Assembly (NCBI RefSeq): GCF_963921235.1
Contig: NW_026948141.1
Location: forward strand, 186,001-250,000
Length of the DNA stretch: 64,000 nt
Direction of reading: 5' to 3'
From: Mobula hypostoma
Lineage: Eukaryota
A program made the position numbers and the translations under genes. This document shows positions 1-13,399 of the stretch, piece by piece. Numbering within the stretch: the stretch's first letter is position 1; the number at the start of each line of letters is the position of its first letter. Below the pieces are notes generated by a model that made no database searches, had not been told where the DNA came from, and worked only from the letters and a program-made list of their open reading frames with translations.

Positions 1-195
1 AGACATGTTGACGTCCCGGAACTTGAAACTGTTCACCCTTTCCACCACTGACCCCCTTGATGAGAACTGGTGCGTATTCTCTAAACTTCCCCTTCCTGAA
101 GTCCAGAATCAGTTCCCTAGTCTTAGTGACGTTGACTGCAAGATTATTGTTGCAACACCACTCAACCAGCTGACCCATTTCACTCCTGTACACAT
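1..195 (-). mobile_element. Rex1/Babar-like LINE RT fragment
   Basis: Minus strand encodes NVTKTRELILDFRK...VERVNSFKF, the typical RT C-terminal stretch. Confidence 0.6.
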
Positions 196-501
196 TCTAA
201 GTATAACACACTTGCTTTTATTGTTTGAGTCCAAAGCATTGAGTCTGCGAGTAGGGATGTCAGGTTACGCTTATAGAGAACACTGCAGATTATTAATTTA
301 TTAATGGGATGTGGGAGTTCCAGGTAAACCAGTATTTATTGCCATTCCTAACTGCTCCTGAGAAAGTGGTGTTGTGCTGTGGCAGTGATCGTGGTGAATC
401 ACGAAGGGAGAATTCCATTCCACACTAACATTTCAAGGGCTGTTGCTGATACTCAGAAACTGTGAAAGTAATTGCAATTTTGCTCTTTTCTGTGACCTCA
501 G

Positions 502-679
502 GATTCAAATGCTAACTACAGGAAGGTGGTCAGAAAGCTAATTCCACACTTGAAGTATTTGGATGATATTCCTGTGAGTGAGAGTTGTACTCAGTCTGAC
601 CATACCGTCAGTGAGGACTGGCTGATTGTGAAGGAAGCAATTAAGGATGGAATCTCTGCCGAGGACCTTGGAAATCTAG
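502..679 (+). CDS. LRRC56: LRRC56 internal coding exon (LRRcap end; gene starts upstream of window)
   Basis: Pyrimidine tract+cag acceptor and AG|gtgtgt donor. Translates DSNANYRKVVRKLIPHLKYLDDIPV...EDWLIVKEAIKDG, matching the LRRC56 motif NYRxxVRKLIPxLxxLD...DWLxVKEAIK. Phase 0 to 1. Confidence 0.9.
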
Positions 680-959
680 GTGTGTGGAATAATTCATGAA
701 AAACACCACACTTACCCGTGAAATGTGCTCATTAACAGAAAAGGCAGAATCATCTCTCATAACTTGCTAAACACTTGCTCGTGCTGCTAGTATCTGTGGC
801 AAATGTGGAAATGGATCAGTAAGTTATCAGAGACTAGTTCAACCAAAATGAAATAACTCCCAGCCTTTAACTTAAACCCTCTAAATGTAATAGGGTTTTA
901 TTTAATATATTTATTAGGAATACCATAAGAAACAAAACACTAATCATCTGGCAAAATTA

Positions 960-1345
960 CAAAGAAAAATATCTTATGAAGATAGGTTGAGTGACTTATG
1001 GCTTTTCTCTTTGGAGTGAAGGAGGGTGAGAGGTGACTTGATAGAGGTGTACAAGATAAGAGGCATAGATAGAGTGGACAGATGTTTTCCCAGAGTAGAA
1101 GTGGTTAATACAAGGGGGCATTCAATAAAAGTATTGGGGGGGTGTTAGAGGTGTTTTTTTTTTACAGAGTATTGAGTGCATGGAACATCTTGCCAGGGTG
1201 GTGATAGAGGCAAATACATTATAGATAGGCACATGGATGATAGAAAGATGGAGGGACACGTGGAAGGGAAGGTCAGATTGATCTTAGTGTAGGTTAAAGA
1301 GTGCCTCAACATCATGGGCTGAAGGGCCTGTACTGTTCTACCTTC
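960..1345 (+). mobile_element. CR1 LINE 3' fragment
   Basis: Decayed RGDLIEVYK...RVLSAWN coding remnant plus CR1 3' UTR (gggctgaagggcctgt). Confidence 0.8.
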
Positions 1346-1372
1346 TAAAACAATTGTTTTGAATGCACACAG

Positions 1373-1555
1373 ATGCTGTTGTTGGCCCAGGAAGATCAGC
1401 TTCTCGGCAGCATCAAGCCTGTTCATCTACGAGGCGGTCAAGCTGCCAGAGACCCTACAGTGCTGGGAGGGTCGCCACACTCTTACCCATTGGCACCTAC
1501 AGGACAGGAGCTGTTGACAACTGGCTTCAAGATGGTGCCAGTGACCTAACACACG
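1373..1555 (+). CDS. LRRC56: LRRC56 coding exon
   Basis: cacag|AT acceptor and ACG|gtactg donor, 183 nt, phase 1 to 1. Ends DGASDLTHG (LRRC56 SxLTHG motif). Confidence 0.85.
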
Positions 1556-1926
1556 GTACTGCTTTCCAGTTCATTCGGTATTTCACCACTTCTGAAGTAC
1601 TTGTGATGTAACCTTCCTGTGCAGTGATATGTCATGTTTTCAACTCAAGTTCGACCTCAGGTTATTGATATTCAGCCGTACATGTGTTTACCCTAAATGA
1701 AACAACATTCTTCCGGACCAGGGTGCACAACACACGACATATAACTCACACACATAACACATAAAGTGATATTACCACAAATAATAAAGTGCATTTATCA
1801 TACAAGTTAAAAAATAAACAGTATAATGCTACTGCCACTTCATACGTGATGAGACCTGGGTGGTGGCAGGGAGTTCAGTAGTCTTTGTGGCCTGGGGGAA
1901 TAGTGATGTCTCATTTCTGTACCCAG

Positions 1927-1991
1927 GTACGGGAAGCATCTTCTGTGGAAATCCTGTCACAGCTCTCCGTGCAAGAAAGAAGAAACAAGCT
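1927..1991 (+). CDS. LRRC56: LRRC56 coding exon
   Basis: cccag|GT acceptor and GCT|gtaagg donor. GTGSIFCGNPVTALRARKKKQA matches the LRRC56 CGNPxxxLRxR motif. Phase 1 to 0. Confidence 0.9.
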
Positions 1992-2204
1992 GTAAGGTTT
2001 TTATTCTCTGTTAGTTGAATTAAGTTTGAGATGAAGTGGTACTGTACCCGAGGTAGTGAAGAAATAGAGTTAAATCCTTCAACAGATGCTACATCTGATT
2101 CAAGGTTGTTTAGTATCATTTCCAATGCACAGGCACTCCCAATCTGATGCAGCACAAAGCAACTCACAATAAGATAAAGAGCACAATAATAAAAAAGCAC
2201 AATA

Positions 2205-4260
2205 ATTTTAAGTACATAACTCAGAAGGCACAGGATATGTACATCCCAAAGAGGAAGAAGAATTCTAAAGGAAAGGTGACACAGCCATGGCTAACAAGAG
2301 AAGTCAAAGCCAACATAAAAGCCAAAGAGAGGGCATATGATAAAGCAAAATTTAGTAGGAAGCTAGAGGATTGGGAAGCTTTCAAAAACTACCAGAAGAC
2401 AACTCAAACAGTCATTAAGGAGGCAAAGATGGAATACAAAAGTAAGTTAGCCAATAATATTAAAGGGGCTACCAAAAGTTTCTCTGGATACTTAAAGTGT
2501 AAAAGAGTGGATATAGGATCGCTGGGAAATGAAGCTGGAGAGATAATAATGGGGGGACAAGGAAATTGTGGACTAATTAAATAAGTAATTTGCATCAGTC
2601 TTCACAGTGGAAGACACTAGCAGTATGGTGGAAGTTCCAGGTGACAGGGGACATGAAGGGTGTGAAGTCACCATTACCAGGGAGAATGTTCATAAGAAAC
2701 TGAAAGACCTGAAGGTAGATAAGTCACTTGGACCAGATGGGGTGTACCTCAAGGTTCTGAAAGAGGTGGCTGAAGAGATTGTAAAAGCATTAGTAATAAT
2801 CTTTCAAGAATCACTAGATTCTGGAATGGTTCCAGAAGACTGAAAATTGGAAACTCTTTAAGAAGGGAGCAAGGCGGAAGAATGGAAATTATCGGCCAGT
2901 TAGTCTGACCTCACTGGTTGGGAAGATTTTGGAGTCAATTATTAAGGATGAGGTCTCAGGGTACCTGGAGTCACATAATAAAATAGGCTATAGTCAGCAT
3001 GTTTTCCTCAAGGGAAAATCTTGCCTGACAAATCTGTTGGAATTCTTTGAAGAAATAACAAGCAGGATGGACAAAGGAGAATCGGTTGATGTTGTGTACT
3101 TGGATTTTCAGAAGGCCTGTGACAAGATGCCGCACATGAGGCTGCCTAACAAGTTAAAAGCCCATGGCATTAAAGGAAAGATACTAGCATGGATGCAGCA
3201 TTGTCTGACTGGCAGGAGGCAAAGACTGGGAATAAAGGGAGTCTTTTCTGGCTCCTGCTGGTGACTAGTGGTGTTCCACAGAGGTCTGTGTTGGATTAAT
3301 TCTTCTTACATTTTATGTCAATGATTTGAATGTTGGAATTGATGGCTTTGTTGCAGAGTTTGCAGACAATATGAAGATAAATGGAGGGGCAGGTAGTTTT
3401 GAGGAAGTAAAGAGGTACAGAAGGACTTAGACAGATTAGGAGAATGGACAAAGAAGAGGCAGATGGAATACAGTGTCAGGTCATGCACTTTGGTAGAAGA
3501 AATAAAAGGATTGACTATTTTCTAAATGGAGAGAAAATTCAAAAAACTGAGTTGCAAAGAGACTTGTGTGGCATTCCCTAAAGGTTAATTTGCAGGTTGA
3601 GTCTATGGTGAGGAAACCAAATGCGATGCTAGCATTCATTTCAAGACGACTGGAATTTAAATGCAAGGATGTAATGTTGAGACTTTATAAAACATTAGTG
3701 AGGGCTCACTTGGAGTATTGTGAGAAAAGTTTTGGGCTCCTTATTTAGAATGGATGTGTTGAAATTGGAGAGGGTTTAAAGGAGGTTCATGAAAATAATT
3801 GCAGGTTTGAACAGCTTGTCATATGAAGAGCGTTTGATGACTCTGGGCCTGTATTCACTAAAGTTCAGAAGAATGAGACGTGACCTCATAGAAACCTATC
3901 AAATGGTGAAAGGCCTTGATAGAGTGGATGTGGAGAGGATGTTTCCTATGGTGGAAGAATCTAAGACCAGAGGACACAGCCTCAGAATAGAGGGACATCT
4001 TTTTAGAACAAAGATGAGAAGGAATTTCTTTAGCCAACAAGTGGTGAATCTGTGGAATTCTTTGCCACAGGCAGCTGTGGAGGCTGTCTGTAGGTATATT
4101 TAAGGCAGAGGCTGATAGATTTTTGATTGGTCAGGGCATGAAGGGATACAGGGAGAAGGCAGGAGACTGGGCCTGAGAGAAAAGGTGATGAAACAGTGCA
4201 GCTGACCCAATGGGCTAAATGGCCTAATTCTGCTCCTGTGTCTTATGGTCTTATGATCTT
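2205..4260 (+). mobile_element. 5'-truncated, frameshifted CR1 LINE (ORF2 RT)
   Basis: ORF fragments PWLT, KSxGPDG, SCLTNLLEFFE, YLDFQKA, RNFFSQQVVNLWNSLP; tail tcttatggtcttatg. Confidence 0.9.
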
Positions 4261-4330
4261 AAATGTTGAAATGTTGATCCAGATGTGTATAAAATTATAA
4301 GAGGCTAGGATAAGGTTAGTGGTTAGGATA

Positions 4331-5582
4331 ACATAGAAACAGAGAAAACCTAAGGCACAATACAAGCCCTTCGGTCCACAATGCTGTGCCAAACATGTAC
4401 TTACTTAGAAATTACCTATTGGCTACCCATAGCCCTCTATTTTCTAAGCTCCATTTACCTATCCAGGAGTCTCTTAAACAACCTATCATATCCACCTCCA
4501 CCACCGTTGCCAGCAGCCCATCCCACGCACTCACCACTCTCTGTGAAAAAAACTTACCCCTGACATCTCCTCTGTACCTACTTCCAAGCACCTTAAAACT
4601 GTGCCCTCTCATGCTAGCCATTTCAGCCCTGGGAAAAAGCCTCTGACTATCCACACGATCAATGCCTCTCATCATCTTATACACCTCCACCAGGTCACCT
4701 CTCATCCTGTGCCGCTCCAAGGAGAAAAGGCCGAGTTCACTCAACCTATTCTCATAAGGCATGCTCCCCAATCCAGCCAACATCCTTGTAAATCTCCTCT
4801 GCACCCTTTCTATAGTTTCCACATCCTTCCTGTAGTGAGGTGACCAGAACTGAGCACAGTTTTCCAAGTGGGGCCTGACCAGGATCCAAATAGCCGTAAC
4901 ATTACCTCTCGGCTCTTAAACTCAATCCCACGGTTGATGAAGGTCAATGCACTGTATGCTTTCTTAACCACAGAGTCAACCTGCGCAGCAGCATTGAATG
5001 TCCTATGGACTTGAACCCCAAGATCCCTCTGATCCTCCACTCCACCGAAAGTCTTACCATTAATACTATATTCTGCCATCATATTTGACCTACCAAAATG
5101 AACCATCTCACACTTATCTGGGTTGAACTCTATCTGCCACTTCTCAGCCCAGTTTTGCATCCTATCAATGTCCCGCTGTAACCTCTGACAGCCCTACACA
5201 CTATCCACAGCACCCCCGACCTTTGTGTCATCAGCAAATTTACCTACTCATCCCTCCACTTCCTCATCCAGGTCATTTATAAACATCACGAAGAGCAGGG
5301 GTCGCAGAACAGATCCCTGAGACACACCACTGATCACCGACCTCCATGCAGAATATGACCCATCTACGAACACTCTTTGCCTTCTGTGGGCAAGCCACTT
5401 CTGGATCCACAAAACAATGTCCCCTTTGATCCCATGCCTCCTTACTTTCTCAATAAACCTTGCATGGGATACCTTATCAAATGTCTTGCTGAAATCCACA
5501 TGCACTACATCTACCACTCTACCTTCATCAATGTGTTTAGTCACATCCTCAAAAAATTCAATAAGGCTTGTAAGGCACAACC
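4331..5582 (-). mobile_element. 5'-truncated CR1 LINE
   Basis: ORFs 4412-4867, 4810-5160 and 5248-5640 with CR1 RT motifs (QGSVL, FINDLD, WSPHYRKD). Confidence 0.9.
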
Positions 5583-5933
5583 TAATTAGATTAGATTCTT
5601 TTTCCCAATGTAGAAATGTCAAATAGTAGAAAACATACATTTAAGGTGAGAGGGAGAAATGTGTGGGGCAGGTTTTTTTTCCACACAGAAAGTGGTGGGT
5701 GCTTGGAACATGCTGCCGGGGTGATGATACAAAGATGTTTAAGAAGCTGTTAGCGAGACACATATATATTCAGGAATGGAGGGATATGGACAGCATTCAG
5801 ACAGAAGAGATGTAGTTTAATCTGGCGTCAAATTCCGTACAGACTTTGCGGGCAAAAGGGCCTGTTTCTGTGCTGTTCCAATTGCAAATGAAGGTTGGAA
5901 TTCCCATTAATATTCCTTCCTCTCCATTTACAG

Positions 5934-6073
5934 TCATCTTGTACTGGGACAAGCAATTGGTTCAGTCATTTTACCCACTCGCCAGAACACACATATGATT
6001 CTCTGGAAGTCGACAGCAGGACACGAGAAGATATTTTTGCGGAGCTAAGGGCCTGGAGGGCAGAACACAACAG
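5934..6073 (+). CDS. LRRC56: LRRC56 coding exon
   Basis: Strong polypyrimidine acceptor tttacag| and CAG|gtaggt donor. SSCTG...EDIFAELRAWRAEHNR, phase 0 to 2, compatible with its neighbours. Confidence 0.85.
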
Positions 6074-6269
6074 GTAGGTATGTCCCAGTGTCTTCAGGCA
6101 CACCTGATTGTCAGTTACGCAGGCCAGCAAATGGCTGGGGGGAGAGCTGCCCCTGATGAAGTGCACGGAAGTGGCTTCACTCAATACTTGACCCTTCTGC
6201 CCGCTCTCTGTCTCAATCACTCACAGTTTGCATTTTAGATTTTTTTTTAGCAATGCTAATACAGTGACA

Positions 6270-6530
6270 ACTGTAAAATCAGGCTCCATCACTGTCTGTG
6301 AGGAGTTTGTACGTTCTCCCTGTGACTGCATGGGTCTCCTCTGGTGCTCCGGTTTCCTCCCACAGTCTAAAGATACACGGTTTCGGGTTAGTAGGCTGTG
6401 AGCATGCTGTGTGCCACCAAAAGCATGGCAAAGCTTGTGGGCAGCCCAGCACACAGTCTCTGATTTAATTTGATACAAACAACACATCTCACTGTGTATT
6501 TCAATGTACATGTGACAATTAAAGCTAATC
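6270..6530 (+). mobile_element. V-SINE (HE1-like) copy
   Basis: V-domain core gttctccctgtgactgcatggg...tgctccggtttcctcccacag. Further copies at ~12950-13200(-), 14895-15120(+), 17990-18255(-), 21240-21400(+) and 47110-47300(-). Confidence 0.65.
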
Positions 6531-6749
6531 TTTGCTGGAATGTGCCCTTCACACCTGTGTACCAATGCAGCCGTTCAGAGTGTTAGATTCACCCATTTCA
6601 CTGGTGTGACAGTATTTAGTGTGAGGATCAGGTGCCTGTTTTGTCTGCTTCGTTCAGAAACAGAAAGATGGCTTTACCACAACACAAGAATTGTCTTTGA
6701 TAGAGAAGTTGCATTGAAATCTAACTGTTTCAGTTCATCAGTATTTCTG

Positions 6750-7850
6750 GGATACCTTGTATGAACAGCCCTCCTCAGGTCATGCCACAGCACCTCAGTT
6801 GGGTTAAGGTCTGGACTCTGACTCAGCCATTCCAAAACACAATTTTTCTTCTTTTCAAACTATTCTGTTGTTGATTTACTTTTGTGTTTTGGATCATTGT
6901 CTTGTTGCATCCAATTTCTATTAGGTTCCGGTGATGCACTGCTACCCTGACATTCGCCTGTAAAATGTCTCAGTACAATTTTGAATTCATTGTTCCCTCA
7001 AGCTGTCCAGGCCCTGAGGCAGCAAAACAGCCCCAAACCATGATGCTCCTTCCACCATGCTTCACAGTTGGAGGGAGGTTTTAGTGTTAATGTGCAGTGC
7101 CTTTTTCCTCCAAATATAGAGGTGTGCATTTTGCCAAAAAGTTAAGCTTTTGTCTCATTTGTCCACAGAACATTATCACAGAAGCATTGTGGAGCATCCA
7201 GGTGGTCTTTTACAAATGATACGTGCAGCAATTTTTGTTTTGGAGAGCAGTGGTTTCCTCCATGGTGAACACATGACCAGAGACTTTAGCAAGTTCGAGA
7301 GATTCCTGCAGGTCTTTTGCTGTTACCCTTGGGTTCTTTCTTACCTGGCTCTTGGTGTGATCTTTGCAGGATGTCCACACCTAGGGAGAATAGCAACAGT
7401 ACTGAGTTTCCTTCATCTGTAGACAATTTCTCTTACTGTGGACTGATAAACTCTCAGGTCTTTAGAAAGGCTTTTGTAGCCTTTTCCAGGTTGATGCATC
7501 TCCACAATTCTTCTTCTAAGGTCCTTTTAAAGTTGTTTTGATTGAGAAATGGATATTTCTTGAGAAGAACAAGCTCTGTCAGTAACCTGACTGTGTGTCT
7601 TCTCTGTAGGACAGGACACCTCTACAGCCCATATCTCCAAACTCATCTCATTGATTGGGACACCTGACCCAAATAGCTTTTGTAGAAGGCATTACCCCAG
7701 AGGTTCACACAATTTTTTGAACCTGGACTGTGATTATTTAAATAGTGTACTCAGTATTGATGAGAAGAAGTACAATTGTTTGTGTGTTATTAGTTTAGGC
7801 AGATTGTGTCTGTCTATTATTGTGACCTAGATGAACATCAAGCCACATTT
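6750..7850 (-). mobile_element. Decayed Tc1/mariner transposon
   Basis: Minus strand WLSQSPDLNPTE motif and MQQDNDPKH (DDE region), plus Tc1-type 5' region. Confidence 0.8.
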
Positions 7851-8537
7851 TATGAGTGGCTGGCATCCATCTGTCTTGAAAGACAATGGGTGATGATGAT
7901 CATTAACACAAGCCTGGGTGGAAGGTATGGAGATCCTGAGATGCCCAGTCATCAAGATCCCCCTGTTGGCCTCACCAGTGTGGTCCAAAGGAAAGCTTAT
8001 GAAATAATACATCTGGCACCAGCATGACTGCAGGAGCTGCCAGAAGGCTGTTCAATGACGTACATCCACCTTCGGGGCTCCACTCCAGATTTGTCGTCTG
8101 GGTTTACTCCCGTAGCCTTCATCTCTCTCAAGGCTGCCCACAAGACAGTGGGGCTATTTACCCATAGCTAGGGATCTGGTTGATGAGCAGCAGGGCATGT
8201 CCACACACTAGTGAGCCTCCTCCCTGTCCTCTGTAATTCAACCCGGGTTTGAAAGAAATGCAGTTCCCGTGTGTCGCCAGCGAGGAGGCACTACATGAGG
8301 CTTGCTGCTGGTGAGGCTGTGTACTGGCTGGGAGGGACTTACACATTCTGCTGTCCTTTTTGCAAGACTGCTAGCCAACGGTGGAAGCTGAAAGTGAGGG
8401 CAACAAGCACTCCCCACTACACTACCACACTAGACACATCACGACAACCATTTGAACAGCACTTATGAGCACGTGAATGCAGAAAACCAGGTAACTGAGT
8501 TCACAAACTTTTTCTTGCAACTGTATCAATCTATCTA

Positions 8538-10060
8538 CATGTTGTGCACCCCGTTATCTGAAATGCTTGGGGCTGGAAGTGTTTCGGATTTTGGATTTTT
8601 TCATATTTTGGAATCTCTGCATCAATATAATGAGATAGCTTGGGGATGGGAGCCAAGTCTAAACACAAAATCTATTACATTACGTATACATACTGTATGC
8701 CCTGAAACACACACAAAAATGCTGGAGGAACTCAACGGTCTCACAGGTGAAGTGTCGCCTCACCTGGAAGGACTATTTGGAGCCCTGAATGGTAGTGAGG
8801 GAGGAGGTGTAGGGGGAGGTATAGCACTGGCAAGGATAAGTGCCAGGAAGGAGATGAGTGGGGAGGGACAAATGAACCAGGGAGTCACGTAGGGAGCGAT
8901 CCTGTGAGTCTGTTGGGGTCATGTACTGTGTCCGGTACTCCCAGTGTGATCTTCTGTTTATCGGTGAGACCTGATGTAGGTTGGGAGACCGTTTCACTGA
9001 GCTGCTATGCTCTGTCCACCAGAAGAAGCAGGATCTCCCAGTGGCCACTGATTTTAATTCCACTTCCCATTCCCATTCTGATATGTTAATACATGGCCTC
9101 CTCTACAACTGCAATGAGGCCACACGAAGGTTGGAGGAACAACACCTTATATTCCCTCTGGATAGCCTCCAACCTGATTCTCAAACTTCCAGAAATGCCC
9201 CCTCCTACCATTCCCCATCCCCTTTCCCCCCCTCACCTTATCTCCTTGCCTGCCCGTCTCATCCCTTTGGTGCTCTTCTCCCCTTTTCTTTCTCCCACAG
9301 CCTTCTGTTCTCTCCTACCAGACTCTCCCTTCTCTAGCCCTGTGTCTCTTTCACCAATCAACTTGCCAGCTCTTTACTTCATCTCTCCCTCTCCCAGTTT
9401 CACCTATCACCTCATGATTCTCCTTCCCCTACCCCACCTTCTAAATCTACTCCTTATCTTTTTTTCTCCAGTCCTGCCGAAGGGTCTCGGTCCGAGACAT
9501 CGACTACTTTTTTCCATAGATGCTGCCTGGCCTGCTGAGTTCCTCCAGCATTTGCTTGGATTTCCAGCAGCTGCAGATTTTCTTTTGTTTGGATTTGACA
9601 TATACCCTGAAGGTAGTTTCGCACAGTATTTTTAAGAACTATCACTACCTCAGTTGCCCAGGTGGACAGTCAGTGGCAATTTGGCAGCACCATCATTCCC
9701 GACGTAATTGATGTGCTGTCAGTAAGCAGTCTTTATCTTACACTTGTTCATCACACATACTGATGCAGCCATTCCGTGTGTTAGATTTTCATCAGCAACA
9801 ATCTTGGCAAGCTCGTCAATGAGTTTCTCTGCTGATCAGCAAATGATTCAGCAACACAAATTTTTAAAAATTTAATGCCAAGCCTTTTCTTAAGTATCTG
9901 CAACCAGCCTGCAGAATATTCATAATTGCTTTCAATTTTCAGTTTGCTGGGATAGAATTTTGCTTGTTTTTTGATCGGCATACTGTAAAGTGGCATGTGT
10001 TCACTCCAACATTAACAAATCCACACTTTTAATACATAAAGTTTTCTACTTTTTGTTAAT
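8538..10060 (-). mobile_element. Tigger/pogo (Tigger4/Zombi-like) transposon remnant interrupted by a Penelope element
   Basis: Terminal sequence atctgaaatgcttggggctggaagtgtttcggattttgga; CENP-B HTH remnant YEYSAGWLQILKKRLGIKFLKIC (ORF 9781-9996). Confidence 0.7.
8700..9590 (+). mobile_element. Penelope-like element 3' part (GIY-YIG endonuclease) with inverted 5' segment
   Basis: CESVGVMYCVR...FIGET..RLGDRF..PVAxxFN...RRLEEQHLIF..LQP motif, pyrimidine-rich 3' UTR and hammerhead-like tail. 8700-8890 is in the opposite orientation. Confidence 0.85.
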
Positions 10061-10107
10061 GCCCACAAGAAAATAAATCTCAGCATTGTATTCTGTATGC
10101 TGAAATA

Positions 10108-12205
10108 CAACACTGTGCAAAGTCTTAGACATGCTAGATATTTTATATAAATTTCATTTTAGATGTTTAATTGTTTGTCTTCTTCATTCATGTGTCAATA
10201 GAAATGAGCAAATTTTCAATTTCCAAGCATTCATTTACCAAAAAATTAAATGTTACAGAGAATATTTTGTATTTCATTAAAGAAAGTAACATTTTAAGTA
10301 ATAGACCACTTTTCAAATTAAAAAAACTCTTGATTACCTTGTAGGTATATAGCCCAGTGCATGATTAAACAAACATAATAAACAGGATGCTAATGATCAA
10401 TGCCATCAGGAGTTGAATGAACTAAACTGATTAAATTAAACAGAAGTGGGTGTAGAAGGAATCAAACTGGGTGAAGGACAACCAAACTTAAAAGGTGAGG
10501 GTGTGGCAGATGTGACAGTTTAACCTTCTTACACCATGGCAAGAGTGAGCAGAACAACAGGACACAAGGTGGTCATCCTGCATCAGCAGGGCCTCTCCCA
10601 AGCAGAAATTTCACAACAGACAGGAGTTTCAAGATGTGCTGTCTAAGCTCTCCTGAAGAAGCACAAGGAAATGGGCAAAGTTGAGGACCAGAAACACAGT
10701 GGTCAGTCATGGAAGCTGAATGCAGCAGACAAGAGAAACATTAAACTGACATCTCTTCTAAGTTGGAAGAAGTTCAGCACTGATATCAGCTCTGAGCTCT
10801 CAGAAACCACTGGACCCAAGGACACCCCTCCACCATCCAGAGAATTGCTGCTAAAAAGCCAATCCTCCGATGTGGAAACTCATATCTGCACAAAAACACA
10901 AGGACACCCCTCCACCTTCCAGAGAATTGCTGCTAAAAAGCCATCCCTCCGATGTGGAAACTCATATCTGCACAAAAACACAAGGACACCCCTCCACCAT
11001 CCAGAGAATTGCTGCTAAAAAGCCAATCCTCCGATGTGGAAACTCATATCTGCACAAAAACACAAGGACACCCCTCCACCTTCCAGAGAATTGCTGCTAA
11101 AAAGCCAATCCTCCGATGTGGAAACTCATATCTGCACAAAAACACAAGGACACCCCTCCACCTTCCAGAGAATTGCTGCTAAAAAGCCAATCCTCCGATG
11201 TGGAAACTCATATCTGCACAAAAACACAAGGACACCCCTCCACCTTCCAGAGAATTGCTGCTAAAAAGCCATCCCTCCGATGTGGAAACTCATATCTGCT
11301 CAAAAACACAAGGATTGGGGTGCTGAACAATGGCAGCAAGTGCTCTGGACTGATGAGTCAAAATTTGACATTATTGGCTTGAACAGGAGGTAGTTTGTCA
11401 ATAGAAGTGCTGGAGAGCGCTACATGGATGAGTGTCTGTAGCTAGCATAGCGGAGGTTCCCTGCAGGTTTGGGGCTGCATATCTACAAATGGAGTTGGTG
11501 ATGTAGTTGGAATTAATGAGATGCTCAATGCTGAGAAGTACAAGCAAATTCTCATCCATCACACAACACCATCAGGGAGATGTCTGATCGGTCTCACCTC
11601 CATCCTGCAGCAGGGCAATGACTTAAAGCACACGGCCAAGATCATAAAGAACTACGTTCAGTGAAAAGAACGAGGAGCTGTGCAACACACACAAAATGCT
11701 GGAGGTCCTGATGAAGAGCCTCAGCCCAAAACATTGACTATACACTTTTCCACAGATGCTGTCTGGCTTGCTGAGTTCCTCCAGCATTTTCTGTGTGTTG
11801 CTGAGATTTTCTGCATCTGAGCTTTTCTCTTGCTTGAGTTCTGCAACAGATGGTATGGTTTCCACAGAGCCATGATCTCAACATCATCTGGGATTACTTT
11901 GAGAGGCAGATGCAAGTGAGACAGCCAAAGTCTGCAGAAGAACTGTGGCAAGTTCTCCAAGATGTTGGGAACAACCTACCAGCTGATTTTCTTAAAAAAA
12001 ACTTCACGGCAGTGTACCTAAAAAAATTGATGCAGTTTTAGTGGCAAAGGGCGGTTGCACCAACTATTGATTTGATTTAGTTTTTACTGCTCACTGCTCT
12101 TTGTAGTAATTTTTAAATATGTAGAAACTTTTCATTACAATATTTTGAAAACATCTTTGCTTTACAGAATTTTTTTACATGTGCCTAAACTTTTGCACAG
12201 TACTG
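10108..12205 (+). mobile_element. Full-span Tc1 transposon, inactive
   Basis: TA-flanked TIRs (caacactgtgcaaagtcttagacatg / catgtgcctaaacttttgcacagtactg). Transposase from ATG 10536 (HQQGLSQAEIS HTH) through VLWTDESKF, QQGNDLKH and PQSHDLNII, with stops and frameshifts. Penelope-derived insert at ~11680-11840. Confidence 0.9.
10816..11313 (+). repeat. 82-bp minisatellite, 6 copies, inside Tc1 transposase
   Basis: Unit caaggacacccctccacc...gcacaaaaaca; identical ORF starts at 10870, 10952, 11034 and 11116 (period 82). Confidence 0.95.
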
Positions 12206-13399
12206 TATATGTACTTTGATAATAAGTTTACTTTGAACGTCCCTCCCAATCTGTCCAACACTCTCCCTTTAAGATCACACACTTGACCTAGGGTAGGTGC
12301 AATGAATCTTTACCCAACTGGTGCCAGGGTATGGGTTTAATCTAATCTAATCTAACCTAGAGTTGTAGAGTCATGAAGCCAGAGTACTTGGAAAGAAGCT
12401 ATTCAGCCCATGCTGACCACGGAGCCTTCCCCAGCTAGTCCCATTTCACTTTAAAATCAGTGTATGTCATGATGTTTGTTGTTTTGCTGCAGCAGTACAG
12501 AGCAATACAAAAAATTACTATGAATTGCAAATAAATAGATAGTGCAAAAGGCGAGTAATGAGGTGGAGTTAACATTCATAAACCTTTCCTGTTCTTGCAT
12601 GAACCTGTCCAAATGTATTTTAATTGTTATAATTGTATCCATTCCTTTGGCAGCTTGTTCCATACACTCACCACCGCCTGCCTAATAAAGTTGCCCCTCA
12701 ACTCCTCTTTAAATCTTTCCCGTTACCCTAAACTATGAACTCTAATTTTAGACTGTCCTGCACTGGGAGAAAAAAATTGTGGCCATCGAGCTCATCTTCA
12801 TCCCTCGTGATTTTATACAACTCTTTGAGGTCACCCATCAGCCTCCTGTGCTCCACAAGAAAGAACCCTTCACTATCAAGCTCTTAACTTCTTCCCTCAC
12901 TGCAGGAGGAGAGATGGAGTAGGTGGGGATTCTATTCATTATTTATTTAGTTAGAGATACAACGAGGAAGGCCCTTCCAGCCCTTCGAGCCACACCACTC
13001 AGCAGCTCAGTGAGTTAACCTGAACCTAATCACGGGACAATACAATGACCAAGTCACCGACTAACCTGTACATCTTTAGACTGTGGAAGGAGACCAGGGT
13101 ACAGTACCTGGAGGAACACAGGAAGGAACGCACAAACTTGCTTACAAACTCTGATACCCTGAGTTGTAATAGCAGCAAGCTAACTGCTATGCCAATGCAG
13201 TGTTCAGAAAACTGAGAGGGAACCTCATGGAAATTTATAAAGTGTTTAGGGGACTTGACAGGCTGGATACAGGGAGTATTTCCCTGGCTGAGTAGTCTGA
13301 GACTAGAGAGTACAGTTTGAGATTGCTTTGGACTGTGATGAAGAGAAATTTCACTTGGTGAGGTGGTAAACCTCTAATCTGGAGGCTCAGTGGTTGTAG

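Noticed and set aside
7855..8450. Possible additional interspersed repeat or exon
   Set aside because: No recognisable coding motif or phase-compatible splice pair; left unclassified.
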